DNA of 63,852 nucleotides, counting the filler, from Octopus bimaculoides (Eukaryota), in NCBI RefSeq assembly GCF_001194135.2. It is 6 parts of 6 records of this genome, joined end to end, with 100 filler letters (N's around TTAATTAATTAA, not from the genome) between each part and the next. Parts side by side here need not be neighbours in the genome. Positions count along the whole stretch, not along the records: positions 1 to 21,305 come from NC_068988.1; positions 21,406 to 43,840 come from NC_068983.1; 4 more parts are not named here. One strand, 5' to 3'. Both the position numbers and the translations under genes were made by a program. Below the pieces are notes generated by a model that had not been told where the DNA came from, searched no databases, and was given only the letters and a program-made list of their open reading frames with translations. Below, in pieces: positions 12,901 through 25,744 of this stretch. The number at the start of each line of letters is the position of its first letter. The first letter of the stretch is position 1.

Positions 12901-13860
12901 GAGGAGGAAGTTAACTGCGTTTTCCCTCATTTTTAGATTTCCTCTTCCTAAGAGGATTAACTCGCTCACATTTTTGTGTAATCAGTGGAAGTCAATCTGT
13001 TGCAAAATTTTGCCCCTTTTCTTTCCACCCAACCCCACCCTACCGTGGGCAATTATTGGAGGTCCTAAACCGTAAAACAATCAGGACGGTTGACCAAGCT
13101 AGAAAATAAAATAATGAAAATACTAGTGTGCGTTTTCATTTACAACGTAAACAGAAAGGAGAAAGGAGAAAGAAGTACCTTGGTTCCTTATAGAGATGTT
13201 AAATCACAGACAAAAAACGAGATGAACATTCCATGAAACTTATCCACGTCCCAGGGCGGGGAGGTGGTGTGAAGCCGAACGTTGAATTATGTAAATCTAA
13301 TAGGAACAGGAGGTATCTCTCTGATTGGTGTCTACAAGTTTTATTGCAAATCTGTGGTTTCGATGTTGCTAACTTGACACGAGTGACTGGACATTTACAC
13401 TGCTTGGTGAGATTATTTTTGCGGCGGAAGGCACAGAAAAATACATTTAAAAATAGTGTGAGTTATTACACGTACATACATTAATAGATGCTAATACATA
13501 AAGATAGACATAGGGAGGAATAGAAATGAGAGGTAGAACGAGAGGTACATTAAGACGTTGGATGTTAAATAAGTCAGCATCGAATCATTGTCGCCAAATA
13601 AGCTGCGGCAAAGTGGCTATGTCGAAACGTCTCAAACCCCACACTACGTTAGAAGAACCTTGCCAAATGGCACGCACGGAACGACTGAACATGCAAACAA
13701 GTGACTGAAATGAGTCAAGAAGTTATATCAGCTGATTTAATATATGATTTCCACGACTTTTTGCGTGTTTCATTCAGTTTGTGACTTTCCACCCTTATCT
13801 AGATAAAATAACCCCCCCCCCCAAAAAAAAAAATTTAAAGCAATATCTTACGAATTCCAG

Positions 13861-14070
13861 TTATTCTTTTATTCTTTTATTTGGTTCAGATATTTGACTG
13901 CTGCCATGGTGGAGCACCGCCTTTAGTCGAACAAATCGACCCCAGGACTTATTCTTTGTAAGCTTAGTACTTAGTTTATCGGTCTCTTTTGCCTAACCAG
14001 CATCGGTTGTCAGGCGATGGTGGGGAGACAAACACAGACACACAAAAATACACCCACACACACACACACT
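13861..14070 (-). mobile_element. SINE A 3' half
   Basis: ccatggtggagcaccgcctttagtcgaacaaatcgaccccagg matches the family tail. Confidence 0.75.
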
Positions 14071-14168
14071 TGATTGTGTAGACAGAGATTGAAACATTTC
14101 TATTGCTAGTCGAGATTCATGCTAACCCCAAGGCAAAGACTTGTTTTGATTTCTATCAATAGGAATAT

Positions 14169-14230
14169 TTCCCCTGACGAGACAAATAAGTCCCTTAAGA
14201 GGTCCCTAACGTCGAAATTGCAATAGGGAA
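14169..14230 (+). ncRNA. Minimal type I hammerhead ribozyme (Penelope-like-element type), intact core
   Basis: TTCCC-CTGACGA-GAC...GTC-GAAA-TTGCAAT-A-GGGAA: helix I TTCCC/GGGAA, core CUGACGA and GAAA, helix II closed by G-C, palindromic helix III ATTGCAAT, AUA cleavage triplet. Confidence 0.8.
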
Positions 14231-16313
14231 TTAACTAGTTATTTTCAAGTTGTGGATTCTATTTGCCATGTCGCCCGAAGAAAGTTTTTATTGTGAGGAG
14301 AAATGATATGAGTTTTATAATGGCTTTATAGCGGTTTTGGCTGCTATTTTTAACATGTAAGGGTCTTTTTAACCATCTTAGTTATAATTGTGACTTGTTC
14401 ATAATTATAAACGTTTTTCTTCTTTATATCTTATGATAACATGTTTGGCCATTGATATATTCAAAAATAATCTTAATTATTTATAATGTATCCTCCGTAA
14501 TGTTTTTACATTACTTTCTTATATATNNNNNNNNNNNNNNNNNNNNNNNNNNNNNNNNNNNNNNNNNNNNNNNNNNNNNNNNNNNNNNNNNNNNNNNNNN
14601 NNNNNNNNNNNNNNNNNNNNNNNNNNNNNNNNNNNNNNNNNNNNNNNNNNNNNNNNNNNNNNNNNNNNNNNNNNNNNNNNNNNNNNNNNNNNNNNNNNNN
14701 NNNNNNNNNNNNNNNNNNNNNNNNNNNNNNNNNNNNNNNNNNNNNNNNNNNNNNNNNNNNNNNNNNNNNNNNNNNNNNNNNNNNNNNNNNNNNNNNNNNN
14801 NNNNNNNNNNNNNNNNNNNNNNNNNNNNNNNNNNNNNNNNNNNNNNNNNNNNNNNNNNNNNNNNNNNNNNNNNNNNNNNNNNNNNNNNNNNNNNNNNNNN
14901 NNNNNNNNNNNNNNNNNNNNNNNNNNNNNNNNNNNNNNNNNNNNNNNNNNNNNNNNNNNNNNNNNNNNNNNNNNNNNNNNNNNNNNNNNNNNNNNNNNNN
15001 NNNNNNNNNNNNNNNNNNNNNNNNNNNNNNNNNNNNNNNNNNNNNNNNNNNNNNNNNNNNNNNNNNNNNNNNNNNNNNNNNNNNNNNNNNNNNNNNNNNN
15101 NNNNNNNNNNNNNNNNNNNNNNNNNNNNNNNNNNNNNNNNNNNNNNNNNNNNNNNNNNNNNNNNNNNNNNNNNNNNNNNNNNNNNNNNNNNNNNNNNNNN
15201 NNNNNNNNNNNNNNNNNNNNNNNNNNNNNNNNNNNNNNNNNNNNNNNNNNNNNNNNNNNNNNNNNNNNNNNNNNNNNNNNNNNNNNNNNNNNNNNNNNNN
15301 NNNNNNNNNNNNNNNNNNNNNNNNNNNNNNNNNNNNNNNNNNNNNNNNNNNNNNNNNNNNNNNNNNNNNNNNNNNNNNNNNNNNNNNNNNNNNNNNNNNN
15401 NNNNNATATATATATATATATACATAATATAATTAAATATTGAGAGTCGATAGGAGACACAATTATGTACGTATGGATAGTTTTAACATACGTATATGTG
15501 TATATGTGTATCTGTGTATGTGAGCATTTTTGAATTGTATATAGGTATTTGCGTGTAAGAGTGTATTTTTGTGTACCAATAGGTCTTAGAAATTACACAC
15601 ATAAATACATATATACATACGTCCACACACACACACACACACACACGCACACATATATGTGTATATTAGCGCGATAAACAAACGATAGATTTGTATGTTT
15701 GTATGTACATATCCAATTGTTTTAAGTGAGTATATATAAATACACATGCCGACGTTTGTGTATGCACAGCTGTGTAAATGTGTATGTCCAAGAATATATG
15801 ATTGTATGCATGTGCGTAGTGATGCTTGTCTGGTAATGTGAATGATATATATCAATATTATTTTAAAACCTTCAAATCAGTCATGAATGTTATAAACAAA
15901 ATGGTGCTATAATAAACACGGTTAAAGTCAAAAATATTACATTCCATAACCGATTTAAAGGGAATTATAGCAGAATAGCAAATGACTGGAAAACGGGTAA
16001 GAATGTAATAATTGCAGTCTATCTGATTATAGATAAATCAGGTAATACGATTATTGATATAGAAAAATATAGGTGGAATTTGGAATAAGAATATGCAGAA
16101 ATATATAAGATGGTAGTTTGAGTGAGGGGTTACGAAGATGCATTGATACAATCGTTAAGAATGCGTTGAAAGGAAAAACATATAATTTTAAATCTTATAA
16201 AAACCGAGAGGGGAGAGTATAAATAATACACAGAGAAATTATATGAAAACATTAAATATATATAAGGTATATGTATATACACGTATGTGTATATATATGT
16301 GTGTGTGTATGTG

Positions 16314-16351
<38 letters not shown>

Positions 16352-19300
16352 CATACATATATGCATATTTACGTTTACATATACACATGTATATGCATAA
16401 ACATATATAGATATGTACATTTACAATTTACACATATCTATTTATATATTAAAATGGAATTAGATCATAATAATATTGGAATATATTTAATTGGTAATAT
16501 TTCAATAAGATAATAATATCAAAAAGGTTAAGGGAAGTCGAAGGAAAATCTGCCCATTTATCAATCAATTCTTAATATACGCGTATGTCTGTGTGTGTAT
16601 GTGTGTGTGTTCGTGTGTGTGTGTATGTGTGTAGGGATGCGCGTACATACATAGACAAGGCCACGCATACACACACATATATGTATATTATATATATGTG
16701 TGCGGGGAGGAGAGAAAGATGGTTACTAGATTTGAATGGTTTTATATTCTATGAGGTGAAAATTGGGATATGAATAAATATGGGAAATAAAGCAACTGTT
16801 GTATCTGGAGACATTATGCTAACAAGTTAAATGATAGAAAAATAAATAAAACAACTACGTTTGTCTTTATTTTCAGTGATTCGCTCGCTATAAATAGTGT
16901 ATTTAACCGTGAAAAGGAATTTTGTAATCTAATAGGAAACATGTTATAAGCAGTGAAATATTCTTCTTTTTCTTTTTCTTTTTTTCTTTCATTTATATTT
17001 TCAATGCATTCAGGCTTTGTATTTCAGCGTCGAGAGATACAGAGGAAGTGGGATTGGGAGAGAGGGGGGGGGGCAATATAGAAGGAGACTAGGGATTGTA
17101 AATGTATAAATACGGAGTTGATGGCAATGGCGGTAAAATGGTTGCAACGGAAAGGCGCCGAAATAAATGAATGTCTTCTAGTGTTTTTGCTTCATTTTCT
17201 GCTAAAATCCCTCAGGACTCGATCGACTTTCATTATTCTGAACATGTACTGTTGATTGAATTCAGTAGTCTATATTATCCGTTCCTGATGAATTTGCGAC
17301 CCTTAAACCAGCATAGCAAATCCATATTAATGCCGATGTTCATATTGCAATAATTGTTGTCGTTGTTGTTGGTCTTGTTGTTAGTGTTGTTGTTTTCGAT
17401 GATATTGTTGTTGGTGATGTAATGGTTGTTCTTGTTATTGTTCCTGCTATCTTGACCCAACTCATACAGTTAACATTTCAGCCAGTTGCAATCATTCCGA
17501 CACATCGAATATTATGTCGTCTAAAATATCTATTCCAATTCATCAAATGTCGCAGTACGACATGCAGGAAATTTTACTGGTATTTCTAGAACTAAGCAGC
17601 AGTGTTGAAGGTGTTTGACTTGATATCAGTGATGTTGTGGGATGGTACAACAGGTAAGAATGACAAAGAAATGCTTTTGGCATTTTCAACTGAAATTATT
17701 TCAATTACGTCTGTAGTTTTCAAGATAAAAGTCTAAAAGCCACACATTATATTTTTCTACTTCTTGAAATCAAAATCTTGGTTTCGTGTTATATGAAAGC
17801 ACCATTTTCTTTTCTTAGAATACTTGTTAATCCTGGTGGATTAATTGTGAATTCGCTTCTTATACATTTATTTCAATTACTCTCCTTTTATATGTGAAGA
17901 AAGCATTGGTGTTGCCGCATCGCAGTAATAACTATTATATCAATAATAATTAAGGCGACTGTTGACTTACAAGTGTCAAAGCTTCGTTAGACATGTTTTA
18001 AGTACAGTTTGAATCCAATTACTTCCATCGTAAAAAGATATTTCATTTGAGAAATGCTAAACGTAATATTTTACCCAATTATTCTTCTCATTGCGAATAG
18101 GAAGTGGCTGCTAACATTATTTATCGGGCAAACGGATTGGTTTATATAGCGACTCATCATATCCATTACTGTCTCGTTGTTTTTCTTAGTAAAACACGAT
18201 ATTTTAATTTGCCAGACTTTTCCTATTTGCTTTTAGGTACAATAGTATGTTGGAATATTCAACCTGAAGGCAAATTCTATGAATAATCCCTCCCCATTTT
18301 ATTTTCAACGTAGTTTCTAGTTTGGTTTCCTTCTGATATCAATGTTAAATCCGAAAATATAATTCATTGTACATTCTTCCTGCGTTACGATCTACTGTGA
18401 GATAAGGAACTATTTCGTTTCAATTCTTATATGAGACATATATTTACTTGTGTATAACAGGGTAAATGTGGACATGTATACATTACCAACATGAATAATA
18501 TCAGGAAATATGACACACATACAATAATTATAATTTCATTTTAATCAAATTTCATGGGGCTAATACAAAATGATGAAAGGAATACCAGTTTTGAAGGATC
18601 ACTATTTATTACCTTAAAATAAAATTAAATAACACACATTTATCGCTTGCATATGTGCAATAGATATATGTTATTATTTTTCTAAATTTTCTCAACATAA
18701 TTACAATCTGCTTTATCGAAAGATATCTCTGCAAAATTTATTGAAAATGTGTATATTTCAGAAAGTTATAGGCATTTGCACCAAAGCGTTTGCATTAGAT
18801 TATTTTTTATTTACGAATCTCTTGGGGAAGTTGACATTATCTGTGAGATATTGATATTTTGTATTAATATTTAGGGAACATATCTTCTGTAGAGAGTGTT
18901 GTGCTTTAAATAGGAATGCTAGCATTGGGAATTTACCCTGTCTGTCCAGAACACTGAAAACACTTGCACCTAATCTAAACAAAATCTCTTATTTTCAATG
19001 TCTCTGTTTCAAGCGTTATAATTTATCAATATCAAATAAATTTCCTCCTGAATTACGGAGTCCGTGAGAAAGGCGACAGCCTGTCTAGTTAGCATGTGCA
19101 ACGAGGGTTATACGAAAAAAGACCAACTTTCTCGATATTAAATAAGTTCAATTAAATCACGGAATACGGCGATTTTTTAAGTTAATTTTCTCTATTTGAA
19201 TTGGGAATTTGGTCAGTAATAACGATAATTGTATATTTCCGATTGACCAATAACTTGTTCAAAAGATTTTTAGGTGCTACTTTGGTATGCTATCTATGTA

Positions 19301-19501
19301 TGATGAAACTACTTTGGTATGCGATCTAAACCATTATATTGTGATCTGCAACAAGAAAAGTTATACTTATCAAGAACAAGGAAAACACCTGTATCAGTTT
19401 CGAGAGAATGCCTGATTAGAGAGTATGAAGCATAAGTGTTAATGCTAATTGCATAAAATGTATAAAACTTTTAATTCACTACTTTTGACTTTTGTAGCTA
19501 A

Positions 19502-19565
19502 CGTTCGTTCGATTCATCCGTTCGTTCGATTCATCCGTTCGTTCGATTCATCCGTTCGTTCGATT
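19502..19565 (+). repeat. 17-bp tandem repeat, 3.8 copies
   Basis: Unit CGTTCGTTCGATTCATC, perfect copies. Confidence 0.95.
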
Positions 19566-20054
19566 TTCCCATAGAATTAGTAAACTTGTTTCAAATCTGC
19601 TTCGTTTTAATTTTTTTGAATAAATGTACAAAAATGTAAGAATGTTTTATTTAAGCGTTAATAAATATATGGAAAGTGTAGAATTTGACTCTTGTAGATC
19701 ACGTTGGCTACGTACATCCCATTAGAGAGTAGCACCGACTTTTGATAGCAATCGTGACAAGATATAATCTGTGAAAAGCATGAGATAAAAAATCACTACT
19801 TGCATCAGTAGTATATGCTCAGAATAGAAAGACGGAGAGAAGGAATTTTCTATATATTTTTATTGTACGCAATGACATACAACTTATATTATCAATATTT
19901 CGCGGAATCACTTCCATGAAATATTGGAATATGTAACTGTCGTGACCAAATAAAGCATCCTTCTTTTAAAGGCAATTCTCTGTACACTATGAAAAAATGG
20001 AATTGTAAAGTTTTAGAAAATTGAAGAAATACGATTTTAAATATNNNNNNNNNN

Positions 20055-20087
<33 letters not shown>

Positions 20088-21270
20088 TGAAACACTTGCA
20101 AGTGGTTGTGTAACTACAAGTGATCAACATTTAATGTGAATGCAAGAAAATATAGAAATATATTCAAAAAGGAGAGAACGAGAGGAAAGGAAATGGAAAG
20201 AATATGAAATAAAAAGAAGAGGAGAGATAGGATGAGATAGCACATGCAAATAATATCTATTACGAAAGTTTCAAGTATGCTTTGGTTCTGCAGCGCACTG
20301 TGTATATTCAAATTGTCGTTGATGAAAACAAGGAGCCTTCTTTGGAGACTTGCCTTAAATCGGCATATCTTTACCCCAGAGATATAATCTACGAAACCAC
20401 TCTAAATATCAGGTTTCATCTATTTGCTGATAAGCACCTTCTGTTCTCTAAAATGTAATAACATTAACTAATACAAAATTGGATATGGAAAAGATCTACA
20501 AATGCGCCAAAGTATGTTATGACAAATAGCATCAATTTGCAGCTGTTGCAAGCTCTTGTTGGAAATAGCAATACCTAGAAATCAATGATCACTATTGTGG
20601 ATTAGGCAAAATATTTCACTGTAATGCAGAATATATGAACTCCAATGAAATTACAATTTTAACGACACATAGATTTCAACTAAAAACAAGGCCCTCTCAA
20701 AATGCTTCTGCGTAATTTCGATAGGTCGCTGATATTTAATTGGCACAGACTTATTATTTAAATGTTTATATCACAAGTTATCGAGACATCGAGACTACTA
20801 TTCTCAATAGGGGAGTCAAACGAAAGGATGCGGTGGCATTCAATATTCAAACTCATACCGACAAATGTCCGCTGGTGATTCAAAGGACGTTAGTATCCAC
20901 TAAGCCTAATTATGATATGTCAATCAATAAATCTTAAGGGGAAATATTAACAGTTGCTGGACTACATTTTGAGAGATACTCTTACCCTAATGGCCAAATT
21001 TTACGTAAGTTAGTCAAGCGTTGGAAGCCGCTACTTGTAAAACCACAACCATGGTTACCCGACGTGAGAAAATCAGTTTCTAGTTCTTCCTACATTATTC
21101 TGAGTACTGACATATCACATAATGTGGGGTTCATCACAATTCTTGATCATATTTCTTTATGGGTTCCCTGAAAACATTCCTGCTTCAATGCGTTTTGATA
21201 TTAAGGTCATGATTTTATAGCCAAGGGTGGTTCACCTCATTGTAACCTATACCTACTCGTCTTTAAATTT

Positions 21271-21305
<35 letters not shown>

Positions 21306-21405
21306 NNNNNNNNNNNNNNNNNNNNNNNNNNNNNNNNNNNNNNNNNNNNTTAATTAATTAANNNNNNNNNNNNNNNNNNNNNNNNNNNNNNNNNNNNNNN
21401 NNNNN
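21306..21405. other. Synthetic scaffold spacer 44N-TTAATTAATTAA-44N (also at 43841, 56739, 60261, 61971)
   Basis: Identical 100-nt construct five times; the palindromic 12-mer has TAA in all six frames. Confidence 0.95.
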
Positions 21406-21448
21406 GAAACAAGTAAAGAATAAAAAAAAAAAAATAATAAAAGATTAC

Positions 21449-21652
21449 CTGCCGTCTCTCCATCTTTAACTTTCACGTAGTCCAAGTCACAATTCTCCGA
21501 ATCTTCTAGAACCATCTTATGAAAAGTAAGAGTGACAGTTTCATCAACTGGCGATCGTATGATGTAGACACATCTAGCGTTAGCCGGGTAGGATTCTGGG
21601 TAACCTGGTGATTGTATTTTCACAATCTTTTCTTCAATGATTTGGTTACAAT
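21449..21652 (-). CDS. CUB-domain protein exon 5 (first half of CUB2)
   Basis: tgtttcag| acceptor, GCAG|gtaatc donor; 204 nt, phase 1 to 1; DCNQIIEEKIVKIQSPGYPESYPANARCVYIIRSPVDETVTLTFHKMVLEDSENCDLDYVKVKDGETA. Confidence 0.93.
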
Positions 21653-22198
21653 CTGAAACAGAAATGGTAGCACATCATTCCTGGAGTTTACCTCATTAAG
21701 CTTATCCACGAGTACAGGCTATCAGACGGACGGTAATACGGAGATTGTTTTATCAAAAATATGCCTAAAGATCCACAAGTGTCCCTTGAGTTTTTATAAT
21801 TATAAACAGGGAGGATAATGTGAGAAAGTCCCAGCAAATGAATTTTATTCATAATTCCGATGAGTTGAATTCGAGGCCTCATGAATAAATTGTTGCATAT
21901 ATTATTGCATAATATAACAATATTCATGAGACCGAATTTCAATGAAACGATTGTAAATTAATACAATAATAGAACCCGCACACTTCGTTCGCCTTGTTTG
22001 TCATCTTATATATATATGTGTGTGTGTGTGCGTGTGTTTTTGTACGTATGTTGGTTTATGTCGGACGAATGAGAAAAGAGTGCTTGGTACATGTTGCAGA
22101 GGATATAGTTTCTTTTATTTAAACTGAAACTCGAGTTGCAAGACAAACTCAGTTGCAGTTTCAATAAAAATATTGTACAGTAAAAGGTTTATTTATAT

Positions 22199-22241
<43 letters not shown>

Positions 22242-22555
22242 TAATAAACACAGTATACATTTTTTTAATAAACGCAGGATATATCTATATCTATGAGCTA
22301 TTAATAGTTTTATACGATGGAAACAACTCAGACAGTATTTTATAACACGTCTGGTGCCTTCACGTAATCCTCAGGCACCAGACTTGTTATAAAATGGCAC
22401 CAAGCCTGTTATAAAATGCTGAGTCGTTTTCTTCACATGAAAGTATATACTGTGTTTATAAAGTAATATTAATCTCTCACTAGATGGAATACTTTTTCTG
22501 TTGATCTTACCTTCACAGAACAATATACTACATGTGTGTGTGTGTCTATTTATAT

Positions 22556-22629
<74 letters not shown>

Positions 22630-22661
22630 AACATAGATAGATAGATTCTGTGGAGACTAAC

Positions 22662-22865
22662 CTGCTACGTTTTCTAAGTAATCATCTGATCCTGACTGGT
22701 TGGTGTGGTCCGTAACGGTCGATGTATGGAAGCTGAACTGGGCCAGAAATCCGGTGCTCGTGTAGATACCGCTTATTGACGAAAACCTAAGGTACAGATC
22801 AGATCCGCTGGAGTAAATGAAGGACAGGACTTGGTTACCGCAGTACCTTCCAATACTAGGACAAT
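22662..22865 (-). CDS. CUB-domain protein exon 4 (end of CUB1 plus Ser/Thr/Asp linker)
   Basis: cttccaccag| acceptor, GCAG|gttagt donor; 204 nt, phase 1 to 1; (Y)CPSIGRYCGNQVLSFIYSSGSDLYLRFSSISGIYTSTGFLAQFSFHTSTVTDHTNQSGSDDYLENVA matches IGRYCG...SSG..LYLRF.S...GF.A.F. Confidence 0.93.
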
Positions 22866-22939
22866 CTGGTGGAAGAAGAATACTTTTTAAAGAAACAAAT
22901 GCATCAGAATGAAGTTTCAATTAAAGCAGAATGTTAATA

Positions 22940-23167
22940 TTGGGTTGTCCGGAAAGTTCGTGCCGATTTATAGTAGCTTACCTTTCGACTTATTTGCCAT
23001 GAAACCACCTCAATTCTGGGAAGAGGGTATTTTCAAGTTAAAGGAAAGATGGAGACGCATTGTGCAACAAAATGGTTCATATTTGGTTGATTAAAAATGT
23101 AATGGCAAGTATTTATTGACCTTTTTCTTTCCTTCAAAAATCGGCACGAACTTTCCGGACAACACAA
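22940..23167 (+). mobile_element. Internally deleted mariner element (228 bp)
   Basis: 30-bp TIRs TTGGGTTGTCCGGAAAGTTCGTGCCGATTT (22940-22969 and 23138-23167, one mismatch), TA on both sides, retains transposase C-terminus FAMKPPQFWEEGIFKLKERWRRIVQQNGSYLVD-stop. Confidence 0.9.
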
Positions 23168-23251
23168 TATATCACAATGGAATGTCCTTGCATACGTGAG
23201 GATGCCTTTGTCTGTGTACATAAACGTTCAAATGTGAGTGATTGTAGATGT

Positions 23252-23392
23252 GTAGCGGTTCGGTAAAAAAAAAAAAAAAGACCGATAGAATAAGTACTAG
23301 GCTTACAAACAATAAGTCCTGGGGTCGATTTGCTCGACTAAAGGCGGTGCTCCAGCATGGCCGCAGTCAAATGACTGAAACAAGTAAAAGAG
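23252..23392 (+). mobile_element. SINE A 3' half (in CUB intron 3)
   Basis: gaccgatagaataagtactaggc...gactgaaacaagtaaaagag. Confidence 0.8.
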
Positions 23393-23732
23393 TGTGTGTG
23401 TGTGTGTGTGTGTGTAGATATGTATGTATGCATGTATACATGCATGTATGTACGTATGTATGTATGTGTATTTCAAATCAGGATGCCTGGGAAAATGAAT
23501 GAACAGTAATATAATAGACATGTCACATGTATTGCATGTATTGCGTAACTTTATATGCTGTATGGAATAAATGAGGTTCGCTTACAAAAACGTTTGTAAC
23601 ATCGGCTGGACTTCACTTTTCCTCAATTAAATTATTTATTATTCACTTTGCGCAGCTTATAACATGCGCATTGGATCATCCTTAGGTTACCGACGTACTC
23701 CCTTTTATCATCCATTGATATATAATTGATTT

Positions 23733-23778
<46 letters not shown>

Positions 23779-24997
23779 NNNNNNNNNNNNNNNNNNNNNN
23801 NNNNNNNNNNNNNNNNNNNNNNNNNNNNNNNNNNNNNNNNNNNNNNNNNNNNNNNNNNNNNNNNNNNNNNNNNNNNNNNNNNNNNNNNNNNNNNNNNNNN
23901 NNNNNNNNNNNNNNNNNNNNNNNNNNNNNNNNNNNNNNNNNNNNNNNNNNNNNNNNNNNNNNNNNNNNNNNNNNNNNNNNNNNNNNNNNNNNNNNNNNNN
24001 NNNNNNNNNNNNNNNNNNNNNNNNNNNNNNNNNNNNNNNNNNNNNNNNNNNNNNNNNNNNNNNNNNNNNNNNNNNNNNNNNNNNNNNNNNNNNNNNNNNN
24101 NNNNNNNNNNNNNNNNNNNNNNNNNNNNNNNNNNNNNNNNNNNNNNNNNNNNNNNNNNNNNNNNNNNNNNNNNNNNNNNNNNNNNNNNNNNNNNNNNNNN
24201 NNNNNNNNNNNNNNNNNNNNNNNNNNNNNNNNNNNNNNNNNNNNNNNNNNNNNNNNNNNNNNNNNNNNNNNNNNNNNNNNNNNNNAAATACATATACAAT
24301 ATATTTTCACATACTATACACACACACATACACACACAAACGCAAATTCATCGAAACACACTCGCACACACACACATAATCAGAGAAAAAGCGAAAGGAG
24401 AAAGATGTGTGTGTATATAAACATTTCTGTGAAGTTATGCAGCATATGGTTTGTGTTTGTTATTTAATATCAACAATATTCTGTTAACCCCTAAACCACT
24501 CACTCAACCTCTTTCAACTGTTATTATCCCCAACTTGATTTCCTCTCTTGTCTCTTTAATCAAATACACATGTACGGTAGCAATACTTCCTTTTCCCTTT
24601 TCCATTTCGGACCCTCCTCAGCCATTTTTTCCCAATTAAGAACGAGGGCAAAGGTCATTGTCGTAGCCAGGACTTTTGCACAGATTGTGTATCGGGAGAC
24701 CTGGGATACGGTTTACACGCAAAAGACGCGTTTTGGAAATAAAGTCTTAAGGAACTGGGTCTATGCTAAGTTCTGGTTCCAGCTTTTGTTAAAAACAAAC
24801 GTACGCACACGCACGCATGTATACGCATGCGCGCACACATTGACACACACAAAATCATGTGTGTGTGTGTGTTTGTGTGTGTGTGAACGTATGTACTTTT
24901 AATGCATCTTCGCGCCCTAGCATCGTACCAGTTAATGAATGAAACTAGTGTGTGTGAGTGTTTGCGTGTGTGTATGTGTGTGTGCATGTGTGTGTAT

Positions 24998-25072
<75 letters not shown>

Positions 25073-25178
25073 TGTATATAGTCAATCCAAACATGAACAA
25101 GCAAGAAAAAACAACAACGCGAGGACGTGGAATAAGCACAGTGTTATTGGAGGCTCAGGAAAGGAAAGAAAAGAAAGG

Positions 25179-25213
25179 ATTTAACGTTTCGATCGGAGCT
25201 CTTCATCAGAAAT
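25179..25213 (-). ncRNA. Minimal hammerhead motif, weakened copy, in a PLE-like remnant (about 25085-25280)
   Basis: Minus strand ATTT-CTGATGA-A-GAGCtccGATC-GAAA-CGT-T-AAAT; palindromic ACGT helix III; helix II has one mismatch; helix I is only 4 A-U pairs. Confidence 0.6.
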
Positions 25214-25526
25214 ATAGAAAAAGTCCAAGGAAGAGAAGACGGAGAAAGAAAATCGCCAACGATACACACGCGGTCACATATTGAAAATGTATATACATAT
25301 ATATGTATACGCATACACACAAACACGCGCACACACACACACACAGACACATATACGCACACACGTAGCTCCAGATTCGATATTATTCAATATATATAGG
25401 AATAAAACGCACACTTTGATAAACGTACGACTGTACCTTCTAACTACAAGCGCAGTGTGTGTATGTGGGGGGTATTGCGCGTGCGCGTGGATGCATTACC
25501 TCAAGAACGAGGCTGGAGATACTTAC

Positions 25527-25632
25527 ATATATCTGGTCCATCGATAATCTGCAGGTAATTGTAGGCACATCGAGTGTTTTCTTCAAGATCGAAATCCAAG
25601 AATTCCAGTTTGATTCTCTTTCCAATTGGAGC
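25527..25632 (-). CDS. CUB-domain protein exon 3 (middle of CUB1)
   Basis: ttctccag| acceptor, T|gtaagt donor; 106 nt, phase 0 to 1; APIGKRIKLEFLDFDLEENTRCAYNYLQIIDGPDI matches CUB I.L.F.DFDLE...C.Y.YL.I.DG. Confidence 0.93.
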
Positions 25633-25744
25633 CTGGAGAAATAAAAGGAGAAAGCTTGAAGAAAATGAAATAATATGATCAATTTGAATAATATTGTTTT
25701 TAGAAAGGCGGCGAACATAGAGGGGACAAACAAGGACAGACAAA

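Noticed and set aside
17275-17690. Thr-rich and Cys-containing minus-strand frames
   Set aside because: Interrupted by stops; partly AAC-repeat derived; no consistent splice path.
17603-18286. Plus-strand exon pair (17603-17653, 18237-18286) giving LWDGTTGTIVCWNI, WD40-like
   Set aside because: The donor at 17653 and acceptor at 18236 are good, but the first acceptor is poor, the peptide is short and no other exons support it.
19100-19140. ACGAGGGT mariner-like terminus
   Set aside because: No matching inverted end found.
19680-21240. Several minus-strand acceptors (e.g. near 19772 and 19985) tested as the missing CUB2 exon
   Set aside because: The phase-1 frames stop early or lack the (Y/F)CG and GF motifs.
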